Shown one piece after another: positions 25,659-32,000 of a stretch of DNA of 32,000 nt. How positions within the stretch are numbered: the first letter of the stretch is position 1; the number at the start of each line of letters is the position of its first letter. The position numbers were made by a program, and so were the translations under genes. The stretch is from an uncultured Opitutales bacterium. GTDB lineage: Bacteria; Verrucomicrobiota; Verrucomicrobiia; Opitutales; Intestinicryptomonadaceae. The stretch covers positions 30,001 through 62,000 of the forward strand of contig CAKTSY010000003.1 in the NCBI GenBank assembly GCA_934613415.1, read 5' to 3'. The notes under the pieces are model-generated. The model had not been told where the DNA came from and made no database searches. It was given only the letters and a program-made list of their open reading frames with translations.

Positions 25659-26306
25659 ATGAACATAAAAACTCCAATTACCCTAATGCTTGCAATGGTT
25701 GCAATGCCGCTATTCGCGCAAGACACCCCTGCCCCAAAGCCCGAGATAAGCGCAAAAATGCTTAAGGCGTTCGACAAAGACGGCGACGGCGTTTTAAGCG
25801 AAAGCGAACGCAAGGCGGCAAGCGAAGCAATAAAGCAGCGCGAAGAAAAGATGAAGCAAATGCTTTTAAAGCGCGCCTCGCTTATAGTTAAAAAATACGA
25901 CAAAGACGGCGACGGAAAGCTCTCGGAAAGCGAATTGGCAGCTTTTCTGGAAAACTCGCACAGATTCGGTCGCCCGCAAAGGCAGCCGAAACTTTCGCCC
26001 GAAACAATTAAAAAATACGACAAAGACGGCGATGGCAAACTTTCTAGAGAAGAGATGAAAGCCCTGCGCGAAGATGTCGAAAAAATGTTTAAAGAGCTTA
26101 AAAAGAAGTACGACAAAGACGGCGACGGCAAACTTTCTAGGGAAGAGCGCAAACAGATGATAGACGAAAACCCCGAATTGTTTAAGTCTGTGCCGCCCCC
26201 TCCTCCAAACAGGTTTAGAGAAAGGCAAAACGGCGAAATGCCTCCTCCTCCGCCTCCCCCGAACGAAGACGGCAGTTTGCCGCCACCACCCCCGCCGTTA
26301 GACTAA
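25659..26306 (+). CDS. Secreted EF-hand calcium-binding repeat protein with a polyproline C-terminal tail
   Basis: Signal peptide MNIKTPITLMLAMVAMPLFA|QD. Four canonical 12-residue EF-hand loops: DKDGDGVLSESE, DKDGDGKLSESE and two copies of DKDGDGKLSREE (D-x-D-x-D-G...E pattern). The C-terminus carries PPPPP, PPPPPPPP and PPPPPP runs. Confidence 0.85.
   Translation: MNIKTPITLMLAMVAMPLFAQDTPAPKPEISAKMLKAFDKDGDGVLSESERKAASEAIKQREEKMKQMLLKRASLIVKKYDKDGDGKLSESELAAFLENSHRFGRPQRQPKLSPETIKKYDKDGDGKLSREEMKALREDVEKMFKELKKKYDKDGDGKLSREERKQMIDENPELFKSVPPPPPNRFRERQNGEMPPPPPPPNEDGSLPPPPPPLD
25773..26128 (+). repeat. In-frame coding repeats (four copies of the gacaaagacggcga[c/t]gg core) encoding the EF-hand loops
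   Basis: Cores at 25773, 25899, 26019 and 26112. The spacings of 126, 120 and 93 nt are all multiples of 3. Copies 2 and 3 share about 40 nt of near-identity (ttaaaaaatacgacaaagacggcga.gg.aa.ct.tc). Confidence 0.9.
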
Positions 26307-26310
26307 TCTA

Positions 26311-26343
26311 AAAAAAGCAAACCCCGCAAACTGCGGGGTTTTT
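26311..26343. terminator. Bidirectional rho-independent terminator
   Basis: Perfect 10-bp GC-rich inverted repeat: aaaccccgca (26319-26328), loop aac, tgcggggttt (26332-26341). It is preceded by an A-run and followed by a T-run, and lies between the convergent genes ending at 26306 (+) and 26369 (-). Confidence 0.85.
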
Positions 26344-26368
26344 GCATAAAAAACGTTTATGCTTAAAT

Positions 26369-26944
26369 TTAAGAACCGGGGTGAACTGCCTTTATTGCCT
26401 TAAGCGATTCGGGCAATGCGTCGGGCTCGTAGGTTGGGAACGAAAATTCCAAAAGCGAAACGCAGTCTACCTCGAACTTTGCCTTGCCCTGGCTTCTGTC
26501 TACCAAAACGGCAACGCCAACGGGAGTTGCCCCGTTTTCCTTTACAATGTTTATACATTCGTCCACACGGCCGCCGCGGGTAATAACGTCTTCTACAATC
26601 AGGGTTTTTTCGCCCTTTTCAAACTTAAAGTTTCGGCGCAAGCAAAGCTTGTTGTTTTCCTTTTCGGCAAACAAAAAGCGGGCTTTTGCCTGACGCGCCA
26701 TTTCCTGACCTAGCACCAAACCGCCCATTGCGGGGGCAAGCACCGTGTCGAACTTTATGTCTTTTTCGTTCAGTTTTTTAAGCAGCATTGCAACAAGCTC
26801 GCTAACTTGGTCCATATGTTCGCAAACCCTTGCGCACTGAAAATAATGCCCGCTATGCAAGCCGCTCCTTAAAATGAAGTGTCCTTCAAGCAAAGCCTTT
26901 GTTTCTCTGAATATGTTTAATATTTTTTCGTTATCGGTATTCAT
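26369..26944 (-). CDS. pyrE: Orotate phosphoribosyltransferase
   Basis: 191 aa. N-terminal GHFILRSGLHSGHYFQC motif and PRPP-binding loop TLIVEDVITRGGRV. Confidence 0.9.
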   Translation of the reverse strand: MNTDNEKILNIFRETKALLEGHFILRSGLHSGHYFQCARVCEHMDQVSELVAMLLKKLNEKDIKFDTVLAPAMGGLVLGQEMARQAKARFLFAEKENNKLCLRRNFKFEKGEKTLIVEDVITRGGRVDECINIVKENGATPVGVAVLVDRSQGKAKFEVDCVSLLEFSFPTYEPDALPESLKAIKAVHPGS

Positions 26945-26947
26945 TTT

Positions 26948-27445
26948 TTATAAAATTTCGCAATATTTCCCCGTCATAGTTTCGCTGCAATCTATCTTCA
27001 TTGCGGCAAAGCCGTCTTTGTGTTTTTCGTATAAGTCCCAAATAAACTTTTTGTCGCTTTCGGGAATTTTGCCCTTTTTTATTTCGTCTAAAGCCATAAA
27101 TTTAAACGAGCCTTCGTCCATTGCCTCGGGCAGGTAGTCCATAACCTTTTTGCAGTCGAATAGGAACATTAGCCAGTTTGTGTCGCCTTCGTAGGCTCTT
27201 TCGCTTACCATTCCAAACAAATGCAAATCGGCAATTTCAACGGCAAAGCCTGTCTCTTCAAAAATCTCCCTTTTGGCGCATTCGTGCGGGCTTTCGCCTG
27301 TTGCCATTTCAAGCTTTCCGCCAATGGGGCTAAGCAGTCCCTTGTTTGGCATATTGTTTCTTTCTATCATCAAAAATTCGCCTTTCGCGTTTTTTATGTA
27401 GCAAAGAACGCTTATTTTGAATGGAAGTTTTTGCCAGATTTGCAT
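26948..27445 (-). CDS. NUDIX hydrolase
   Basis: Nudix box GGKLEMATGESPHECAKREIFEETGF (G-x5-E-x7-REUxEExGU). 165 aa. The ATG overlaps the purU stop by 1 nt (TAATG). Confidence 0.85.
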   Translation of the reverse strand: MQIWQKLPFKISVLCYIKNAKGEFLMIERNNMPNKGLLSPIGGKLEMATGESPHECAKREIFEETGFAVEIADLHLFGMVSERAYEGDTNWLMFLFDCKKVMDYLPEAMDEGSFKFMALDEIKKGKIPESDKKFIWDLYEKHKDGFAAMKIDCSETMTGKYCEIL

Positions 27446-28299
27446 TAGTCGAATACAACCGTTTTGTTTTCGTACGCCAAAATTCGTTTTTCTAGATGCA
27501 GCCTTACGGCAAGTGCCAATGTGGTTTTTTCAAGCTCTTTGCCCTTTCGCACAAGGTCGTCTACCGAATTGCGGTGGCTTATTGTGGTTACATTTTGGGC
27601 AATAATCGGGCCTTCGTCTAAATCGGCGGTGGCATAGTGGGCGGTTGCCCCTATAAGTTTTACGCCCCTTTCGTACGCCTTTTGATAGGGCTTTGCCCCC
27701 GCAAACGCGGGCAAAAAGCTGTGGTGAATGTTTATTATGGGAACACCCACATTCTTTATAAAGTCGTCGCTTAAAATCTGCATATAGCGCGCCATAACTA
27801 TAAGTGAAGCCCCGCTTTCCCTTACAAGCTTTATCTGTTCGGCTTCAACTTCGGCCTTTGTCTCTTTGCTGATTGGCGTGTAATGGAAATCTATGCCGAA
27901 TTTTTCGGCAAAGCCGCGCAAATTGTCGTGGTTCGACACGGCTATGGGTATTTCGCAATTAAGTTCGCCCATTTGCTGGCGAACAATAATATCGCAAAAG
28001 CAGTGCGAAAACTGCGACGCAAACAATGCAATTTTGGGCTTTTCGGTGGAAAGCGAAACGTCGGCTTGCATCTTTAGCGTGTTTTCCGCAAAAAGCTTAA
28101 ATTCACGCATTTCGGCAGCAGGGTCTGTGCAGGGAATCCACTGCACGCGCTGGAAAAATATGCCGTGCTGGCGGTCTATATGCTGGTCGGCGTGTTCAAT
28201 GTTGCCCTTTTTGTCGTAAATCCAGTTGGAAACCATTGCAACTAGCCCCGGTTTGTCGGGCCCGTGAAGCAACGCTATAATATGCACTTTCTCTTCCAT
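27445..28299 (-). CDS. purU: Formyltetrahydrofolate deformylase
   Basis: N-terminal ACT domain (HIIALLHGPDKPGLVAMVSNWI). Formyltransferase domain (LIVMARYMQILSDDF ... INIHHSFLPAFAGAKPYQKAYERGVKLIGATAHYATADLDEGPII). I prefer the ATG at 28299 (MEEKVHII) over the ORF-track start at 28338. Confidence 0.9.
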   Translation of the reverse strand: MEEKVHIIALLHGPDKPGLVAMVSNWIYDKKGNIEHADQHIDRQHGIFFQRVQWIPCTDPAAEMREFKLFAENTLKMQADVSLSTEKPKIALFASQFSHCFCDIIVRQQMGELNCEIPIAVSNHDNLRGFAEKFGIDFHYTPISKETKAEVEAEQIKLVRESGASLIVMARYMQILSDDFIKNVGVPIINIHHSFLPAFAGAKPYQKAYERGVKLIGATAHYATADLDEGPIIAQNVTTISHRNSVDDLVRKGKELEKTTLALAVRLHLEKRILAYENKTVVFD

Positions 28300-28415
28300 A
28301 TATTTTCGGTAAAAAGACGGGCTTTGGCAAAGCCCCAATTTATTTTATTCTTATATTGATTTTTCTGAATTATTAAGAATACTATACACAAATACAGCAA
28401 AATCTTTTCAAGGCA
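28300..28415. promoter_or_regulatory. Divergent promoter region (purU operon <-> panC operon)
   Basis: 116-bp very AT-rich gap between divergent operon-first genes. A sigma70-like pair on the + strand (ttgatt at 28356-28361, tactat at 28380-28385, 18-bp spacer) is possible but weak. Confidence 0.35.
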
Positions 28416-29258
28416 ATGAAAATAATAAATACTCCTTCGGAAATGAAAGATTACGGCGCAAAAGTTCGCGCCGACAAAAAAACTTTGGCACTTGTGCCCA
28501 CAATGGGCGCGTTGCACGCAGGCCACCTAAGTTTAATTAAAAAGGCAAAGGAATGCGCCGACATTTGCGTTGTTTCGATATTCGTAAACCCCACGCAGTT
28601 CGGGCCCAACGAAGATTTCGAAAAATACCCCCGCCAGGCCGAAAAGGACATTCTGGCCGCCGAAAGCGCGGGGGCCGACGCCGTATTTTTGCCGAAAACC
28701 TCCGATATGTATTTTGAAGACTCTTCCACTTTTGTAGAGGAGGAATCCATTTCGAAAGACCTTTGCGGAAAATCGCGCCCGAAACACTTTAGAGGAGTAA
28801 CAACCGTAGTTTGCAAACTTTTCAACATAGTTAAGCCCGATTTTGCCGTATTCGGCGAAAAAGACGCCCAGCAGGTTTCCGTTATAAAGCGCATGGTGCG
28901 CGACCTGTTTATGGACGTGAAAATTGTGCGCGCCCCCCTCTTTAGAGACGAAAACGGCTTGGCTATGAGCTCGCGCAACGCCTATATGGACTCCGTTCAA
29001 AAGAAAGAGGCCTTAATGCTTAACAAGTCGCTTTTAAAGGGCAAAGAGCTTGTCGAAAAAGGCTGCACAAATGTAGACAGGGTTATTGCCGAAATAACCA
29101 ACTGCTTGTCGAAAAGCTCTAAAATAAGGGTAATTTACGTTAAGGCCGTAGACGCCGAAACGTCGTTGCCCGTAGCCGAAATAGAAAGCGGCAAAACCAG
29201 AATTTGCATGGCGGTTTGGCTCGACAACACGCGCTTAATCGACAATATGGTAATGTAA
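28416..29258 (+). CDS. panC: Pantoate--beta-alanine ligase (pantothenate synthetase)
   Basis: 280 aa. Motifs: LVPTMGALHAGHLSLI (HxGH), VSIFVNPTQFGPNEDF, FGEKDAQQ, and MSSRN near the C-terminus. Confidence 0.95.
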   Translation: MKIINTPSEMKDYGAKVRADKKTLALVPTMGALHAGHLSLIKKAKECADICVVSIFVNPTQFGPNEDFEKYPRQAEKDILAAESAGADAVFLPKTSDMYFEDSSTFVEEESISKDLCGKSRPKHFRGVTTVVCKLFNIVKPDFAVFGEKDAQQVSVIKRMVRDLFMDVKIVRAPLFRDENGLAMSSRNAYMDSVQKKEALMLNKSLLKGKELVEKGCTNVDRVIAEITNCLSKSSKIRVIYVKAVDAETSLPVAEIESGKTRICMAVWLDNTRLIDNMVM

Positions 29259-29270
29259 TTTTTACGATAA

Positions 29271-30866
29271 ATGAACGATACATTCGACATTCTTGTAATC
29301 GGAAGCGGCATTGCAGGCCTTAGCTTTGCGCTAAGGTGCTCGGCACAGGGCAAAAAGGTTTGCATTATAACAAAGAAAAACGCCGACGACACCAACACAA
29401 ACCACGCGCAAGGCGGCATTGCCAGCGTAACAAGCACGCTAGACGACTACGAGTCGCACATAAAAGACACTTTGATTGCAGGCGACGGCCTTTGCAACGA
29501 AAAGGCGGTTCGCGCAATAGTTCAATCGGGGCCCGAAGAAATCCAAAACCTGATAAAACAGGGTGTTGAATTTACAAGCCTTAAAGACGGCTCGCCCGAA
29601 TTGGGGCGCGAAGGCGGACACTCGGCGAGAAGGATTTTGCACGTTAAAGACTATACGGGCAAAGCCATAGAAGAAGCCCTTTTAAACCGCGCCAAGCACG
29701 ACAAAAACATACACATTCTCGAAAACCACTTTGCCATAGACCTTATTACAAGCACAAAGATAGAGAATTTCCCGACAACGGCAAACCGCGTTGTAGGCCT
29801 TTATGTTTTAGATACAAAAAAAGGGAAAGTAAGCGCGATAAAAACAAGGGTTGTAATGCTCTCTTCGGGCGGCTCTGGCAGGGTGTATCTATACACTACA
29901 AACCCGACAATAGCCACGGGCGACGGCGTTGCAATGGCGTATAGGGCGGGGGCAAAAATCTCCGACTTGGAATTCATACAGTTCCACCCCACCGCAATGT
30001 ATACCCAAGACGACGAAAGATTTTTGATATCCGAAGCAGTTAGGGGCGAAGGCGCAATTTTGCGCAATATTAAGGGCGAAGCTTTTATGGCAAAGTACGA
30101 CCCGCGCAAAGACTTAGCCCCGCGCGACATAGTAGCGCGCGCCATAGACTCGGAAATGAAAAGGCTTGGCTCTGCCCACGTTTGGCTAGACATTACGCAC
30201 GTTCCGCGCGAAACGCTTAAAAACCGCTTCCCGAAAATTTTCGAGCACTGCCTGTCGAAAGGCATAGACATTTCTAAAGACTATATGCCCGTTGTTCCCG
30301 CGGCACACTACCAGTGCGGCGGCATACAGACAAAAATAGACGGCTCGACCAACATCGGCGGCCTGTACGCCTGCGGCGAAGTTGCCTGCACGGGGCTTCA
30401 CGGCGCAAACAGGCTTGCAAGCAACTCTTTGCTTGAAGCCGTTGTAATAGCCCACAAGGCCTCGGCTGCGGCTTTAAAGTATCTCGAAAACGCAACCTTT
30501 ATAGAAAGGGAGCTTCCCGCCTGGGTAGACGGCCACCTGAGGGATTCCGACGAAAGGTTCATTCTTTCGCACAATATGGACGAACTTAAGCGCACAATGT
30601 GGGACTATGTAGGCATTGTAAGAACCTCGAAAAGGCTCGACCGCGCCGAACGCCGCATAAAAAACTTGGGAGCCGAAATAGACGAATATTACTGGAACTT
30701 CAAGGTAGAGGAAAAGCTGCTAGAACTTAGAAATATGATTCAAGTTGCCCTGCTTATAATTCAATGCGCCAAAAAGCGCAAGGAAAGCCGCGGGCTGCAC
30801 TACACCTTAGACTACCCGCACAAGGCCAAGAAAATAGTAAACAGCGTTGTCTGCAAAAAACTATGA
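29271..30866 (+). CDS. nadB: L-aspartate oxidase
   Basis: 531 aa. FAD-binding N-terminus DILVIGSGIAGLSFAL. Motifs: HAQGGIA, EFIQFHPTA, CGGI, GLYACGEVACTGLHGANRLASNSLLE. Confidence 0.95.
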   Translation: MNDTFDILVIGSGIAGLSFALRCSAQGKKVCIITKKNADDTNTNHAQGGIASVTSTLDDYESHIKDTLIAGDGLCNEKAVRAIVQSGPEEIQNLIKQGVEFTSLKDGSPELGREGGHSARRILHVKDYTGKAIEEALLNRAKHDKNIHILENHFAIDLITSTKIENFPTTANRVVGLYVLDTKKGKVSAIKTRVVMLSSGGSGRVYLYTTNPTIATGDGVAMAYRAGAKISDLEFIQFHPTAMYTQDDERFLISEAVRGEGAILRNIKGEAFMAKYDPRKDLAPRDIVARAIDSEMKRLGSAHVWLDITHVPRETLKNRFPKIFEHCLSKGIDISKDYMPVVPAAHYQCGGIQTKIDGSTNIGGLYACGEVACTGLHGANRLASNSLLEAVVIAHKASAAALKYLENATFIERELPAWVDGHLRDSDERFILSHNMDELKRTMWDYVGIVRTSKRLDRAERRIKNLGAEIDEYYWNFKVEEKLLELRNMIQVALLIIQCAKKRKESRGLHYTLDYPHKAKKIVNSVVCKKL

Positions 30867-31411
30867 ACCGCATAGATTTAAACAAGCACATAGCAAAGGT
30901 TGCCGACTTTCCCAAAAAGGGAATTCTGTTCTTCGATATTACGCCCCTTTTTACCGATTCCGACGCCTTTTTTAAGGTTGTAGAAGACTGGGCAGACCTG
31001 CTTAAAAACGTAAAGGCCACAAAAATTTTGGCTATGGAAGCCCGCGGCTTTTTGTTTGCCGCCCCCCTTGCCATTGCGCTTAATTTGCCCCTTGTTTTGG
31101 TTCGCAAGAAGGGGAAATTGCCCCGCCAAACCCTAGACGAAACCTACGACCTGGAATACGGCTCGGCTACAATTTCCGTCCACAAAGACGACATATCCGA
31201 AAACGACTCGGTTATTATTGTAGACGACCTTCTCGCCACGGGCGGCACGGCAAAAGCCGCATGCAACCTGGTTAAAAAACTGGGGGCAAAAACGGCGTTG
31301 TGCACGTTCCTTTGCCAGCTGGATTTCCTTGACGGCAAAAAAACGCTTGCCGGCGAAAATATTTTAACGATGTACACTTGCAAAGACTCTGATTTTTGTT
31401 GCAATTTTTAA
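30863..31411 (+). CDS. apt: Adenine phosphoribosyltransferase
   Basis: The ATG at 30863 overlaps the nadB TGA (ATGA at 30863-30866). Sequence MNRIDLNKHIAKVADFPKKGILFFDITPL, plus the PRPP motif VIIVDDLLATGGTAKA. 182 aa. The ORF-track start at 30764 lies inside nadB. Confidence 0.93.
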   Translation: MNRIDLNKHIAKVADFPKKGILFFDITPLFTDSDAFFKVVEDWADLLKNVKATKILAMEARGFLFAAPLAIALNLPLVLVRKKGKLPRQTLDETYDLEYGSATISVHKDDISENDSVIIVDDLLATGGTAKAACNLVKKLGAKTALCTFLCQLDFLDGKKTLAGENILTMYTCKDSDFCCNF

Positions 31412-31435
31412 ACACTTAAAAGTATATATAACAAA

Positions 31436-31825
31436 ATGCAATTCGAAGCTTATTTACCAGTATTTTTACAAATAGTCCTGTCGGTGGCGATGGGGCTTGG
31501 AATTATCGCGGCAAGCTGCATATTCGGACAAAGAGCGAAAAAGAACGCCATAAACAACTCGCCCTACGAATGCGGTATGCCAACTTTCGGCAAAGCCCAT
31601 ATGAATATGGGGGTTAAATTCTATGTTGTTGCCCTGCTTTTTGTGGTGTTCGACATAGAAGTGCTTTTTATGATTCCCTTTGCCCTTATTTATTCCGACT
31701 TTGTAGCCGCAAATATTTCCATTATAGCGGTTGTTATGTTCTTCTTGGCTCTTATGATAGCCGGCATAATATACGAAGTAAAAAAGAACGCCCTAGACTG
31801 GAATATCCCCAAAACAAATCTCTGA
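31436..31825 (+). CDS. nuoA: NADH-quinone oxidoreductase subunit A
   Basis: 129 aa with three TM helices. It has the conserved PYECG motif and the FVVFDIEVLFMIPFA segment typical of NuoA/ND3. Confidence 0.9.
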   Translation: MQFEAYLPVFLQIVLSVAMGLGIIAASCIFGQRAKKNAINNSPYECGMPTFGKAHMNMGVKFYVVALLFVVFDIEVLFMIPFALIYSDFVAANISIIAVVMFFLALMIAGIIYEVKKNALDWNIPKTNL

Positions 31826-31838
31826 TAGCTAAATTGAT

Positions 31839-32000
31839 ATGGATTTAAGCAAGTATATCGCAAAATCGAGAATAATAGAAATTAAAAGCGCCGACTTTGA
31901 GGGCGCAATAAAGGAAATGCTCGATGCCGTGCCAAGCGAGTTTTTAAAACCGCAAAGCACAAAAGAAGGTATACTTAAAGACGTTGTAGCCCGCGAAAAA
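31839..32000 (+). CDS. PTS EIIA(Ntr)/PtsN-like domain protein, 3'-truncated by the window edge (first 54 aa)
   Basis: The ATG at 31839 opens a frame that stays open to the window end: MDLSKYIAKSRIIEIKSADFEGAIKEMLDAVPSEFLKPQSTKEGILKDVVAREK. This matches the usual N-terminal pattern of PTS IIA type-2 domains (l....i.l.l.a.dkeeai.el...l.......l...l..RE). It is absent from the ORF track because there is no stop in the window. Only a fragment is visible. Confidence 0.45.
   Translation, partial: MDLSKYIAKSRIIEIKSADFEGAIKEMLDAVPSEFLKPQSTKEGILKDVVAREK

Noticed and set aside
25773-26128. Periodic ~17-40 nt DNA repeats at 93-126 nt spacing, which could be mistaken for a small CRISPR-like array.
   Set aside because: All the spacings are multiples of 3, and the repeats lie in frame inside a well-supported CDS, where each encodes a DKDGDG EF-hand loop. 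There are no cas genes or leader, and the repeat/spacer sizes are wrong.
25625-26152. A 175-aa minus-strand ORF with a striking internal repeat (SLESLPSPSLSYF, three copies).
   Set aside because: It is the antisense shadow of the EF-hand repeats on the plus strand. The plus-strand frame has a signal peptide, canonical Ca-binding loops and a terminator. The antisense frame has no plausible start context or function.
1107-30863. Longer N-terminal extensions offered by the ORF track (starts at 1107, 3342, 14408, 17666, 25556, 28338 and 30764).
   Set aside because: Each extension overlaps the preceding gene or adds a basic, non-native-looking peptide. In every case an internal ATG reproduces the canonical family N-terminus (e.g. 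MKIGIAQ for nadE, MEEKVHII for purU, MNRIDL for apt) and gives a compact junction.

Overview
This is a densely coding chromosomal segment from a diderm (Gram-negative-type) bacterium of moderate GC content (judged by eye, not computed). I call 28 protein-coding genes, 2 of them cut by the window edges. With my start choices only about 1 kb of the 32 kb is intergenic, and the largest gap is 166 bp. That leaves no room for an unannotated RNA locus, CRISPR array or IS element, and I found no tRNA, rRNA, transposase, integrase or reverse transcriptase.

Most of the window is recognisable housekeeping:
- A tripartite RND efflux operon (adaptor, pump, outer-membrane factor).
- An ArnT-like GT39 glycosyltransferase.
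- hemL, nadE, glmM, scpA and an LptD-like outer-membrane barrel.
- An RmlD-like reductase, hisC and a DUF21-CBS-CorC (CNNM) protein.
- A purU-NUDIX-pyrE operon, a panC-nadB-apt string and nuoA.

Fourteen consecutive genes (1861-22620) lie on the minus strand. Start codons mostly lack Shine-Dalgarno motifs, and several gene pairs are joined by ATGA or TAATG overlaps.

I did not find a convincing new multi-gene system. The parts that known families do not explain, and that deserve follow-up, are:
1. An orphan gene pair at the left edge (1-1808). It looks like the tail end of a module lying upstream of the window.
2. A stand-alone 556-aa protein (7966-9636) with a Lys/Phe-rich basic N-terminus, an unrecognised core and an acidic Glu/Gln/Ala-rich C-terminus.
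3. A 1.2-kb two-gene islet bracketed by two perfect bidirectional terminator hairpins (25112-26343). It holds a solo RelE/ParE-like toxin with no antitoxin partner and a secreted four-EF-hand, polyproline-tailed protein.
4. A 78-aa gene translationally coupled to scpA in the position where scpB is normally found.

All functional calls rest on motif recognition by eye. No database search was run.
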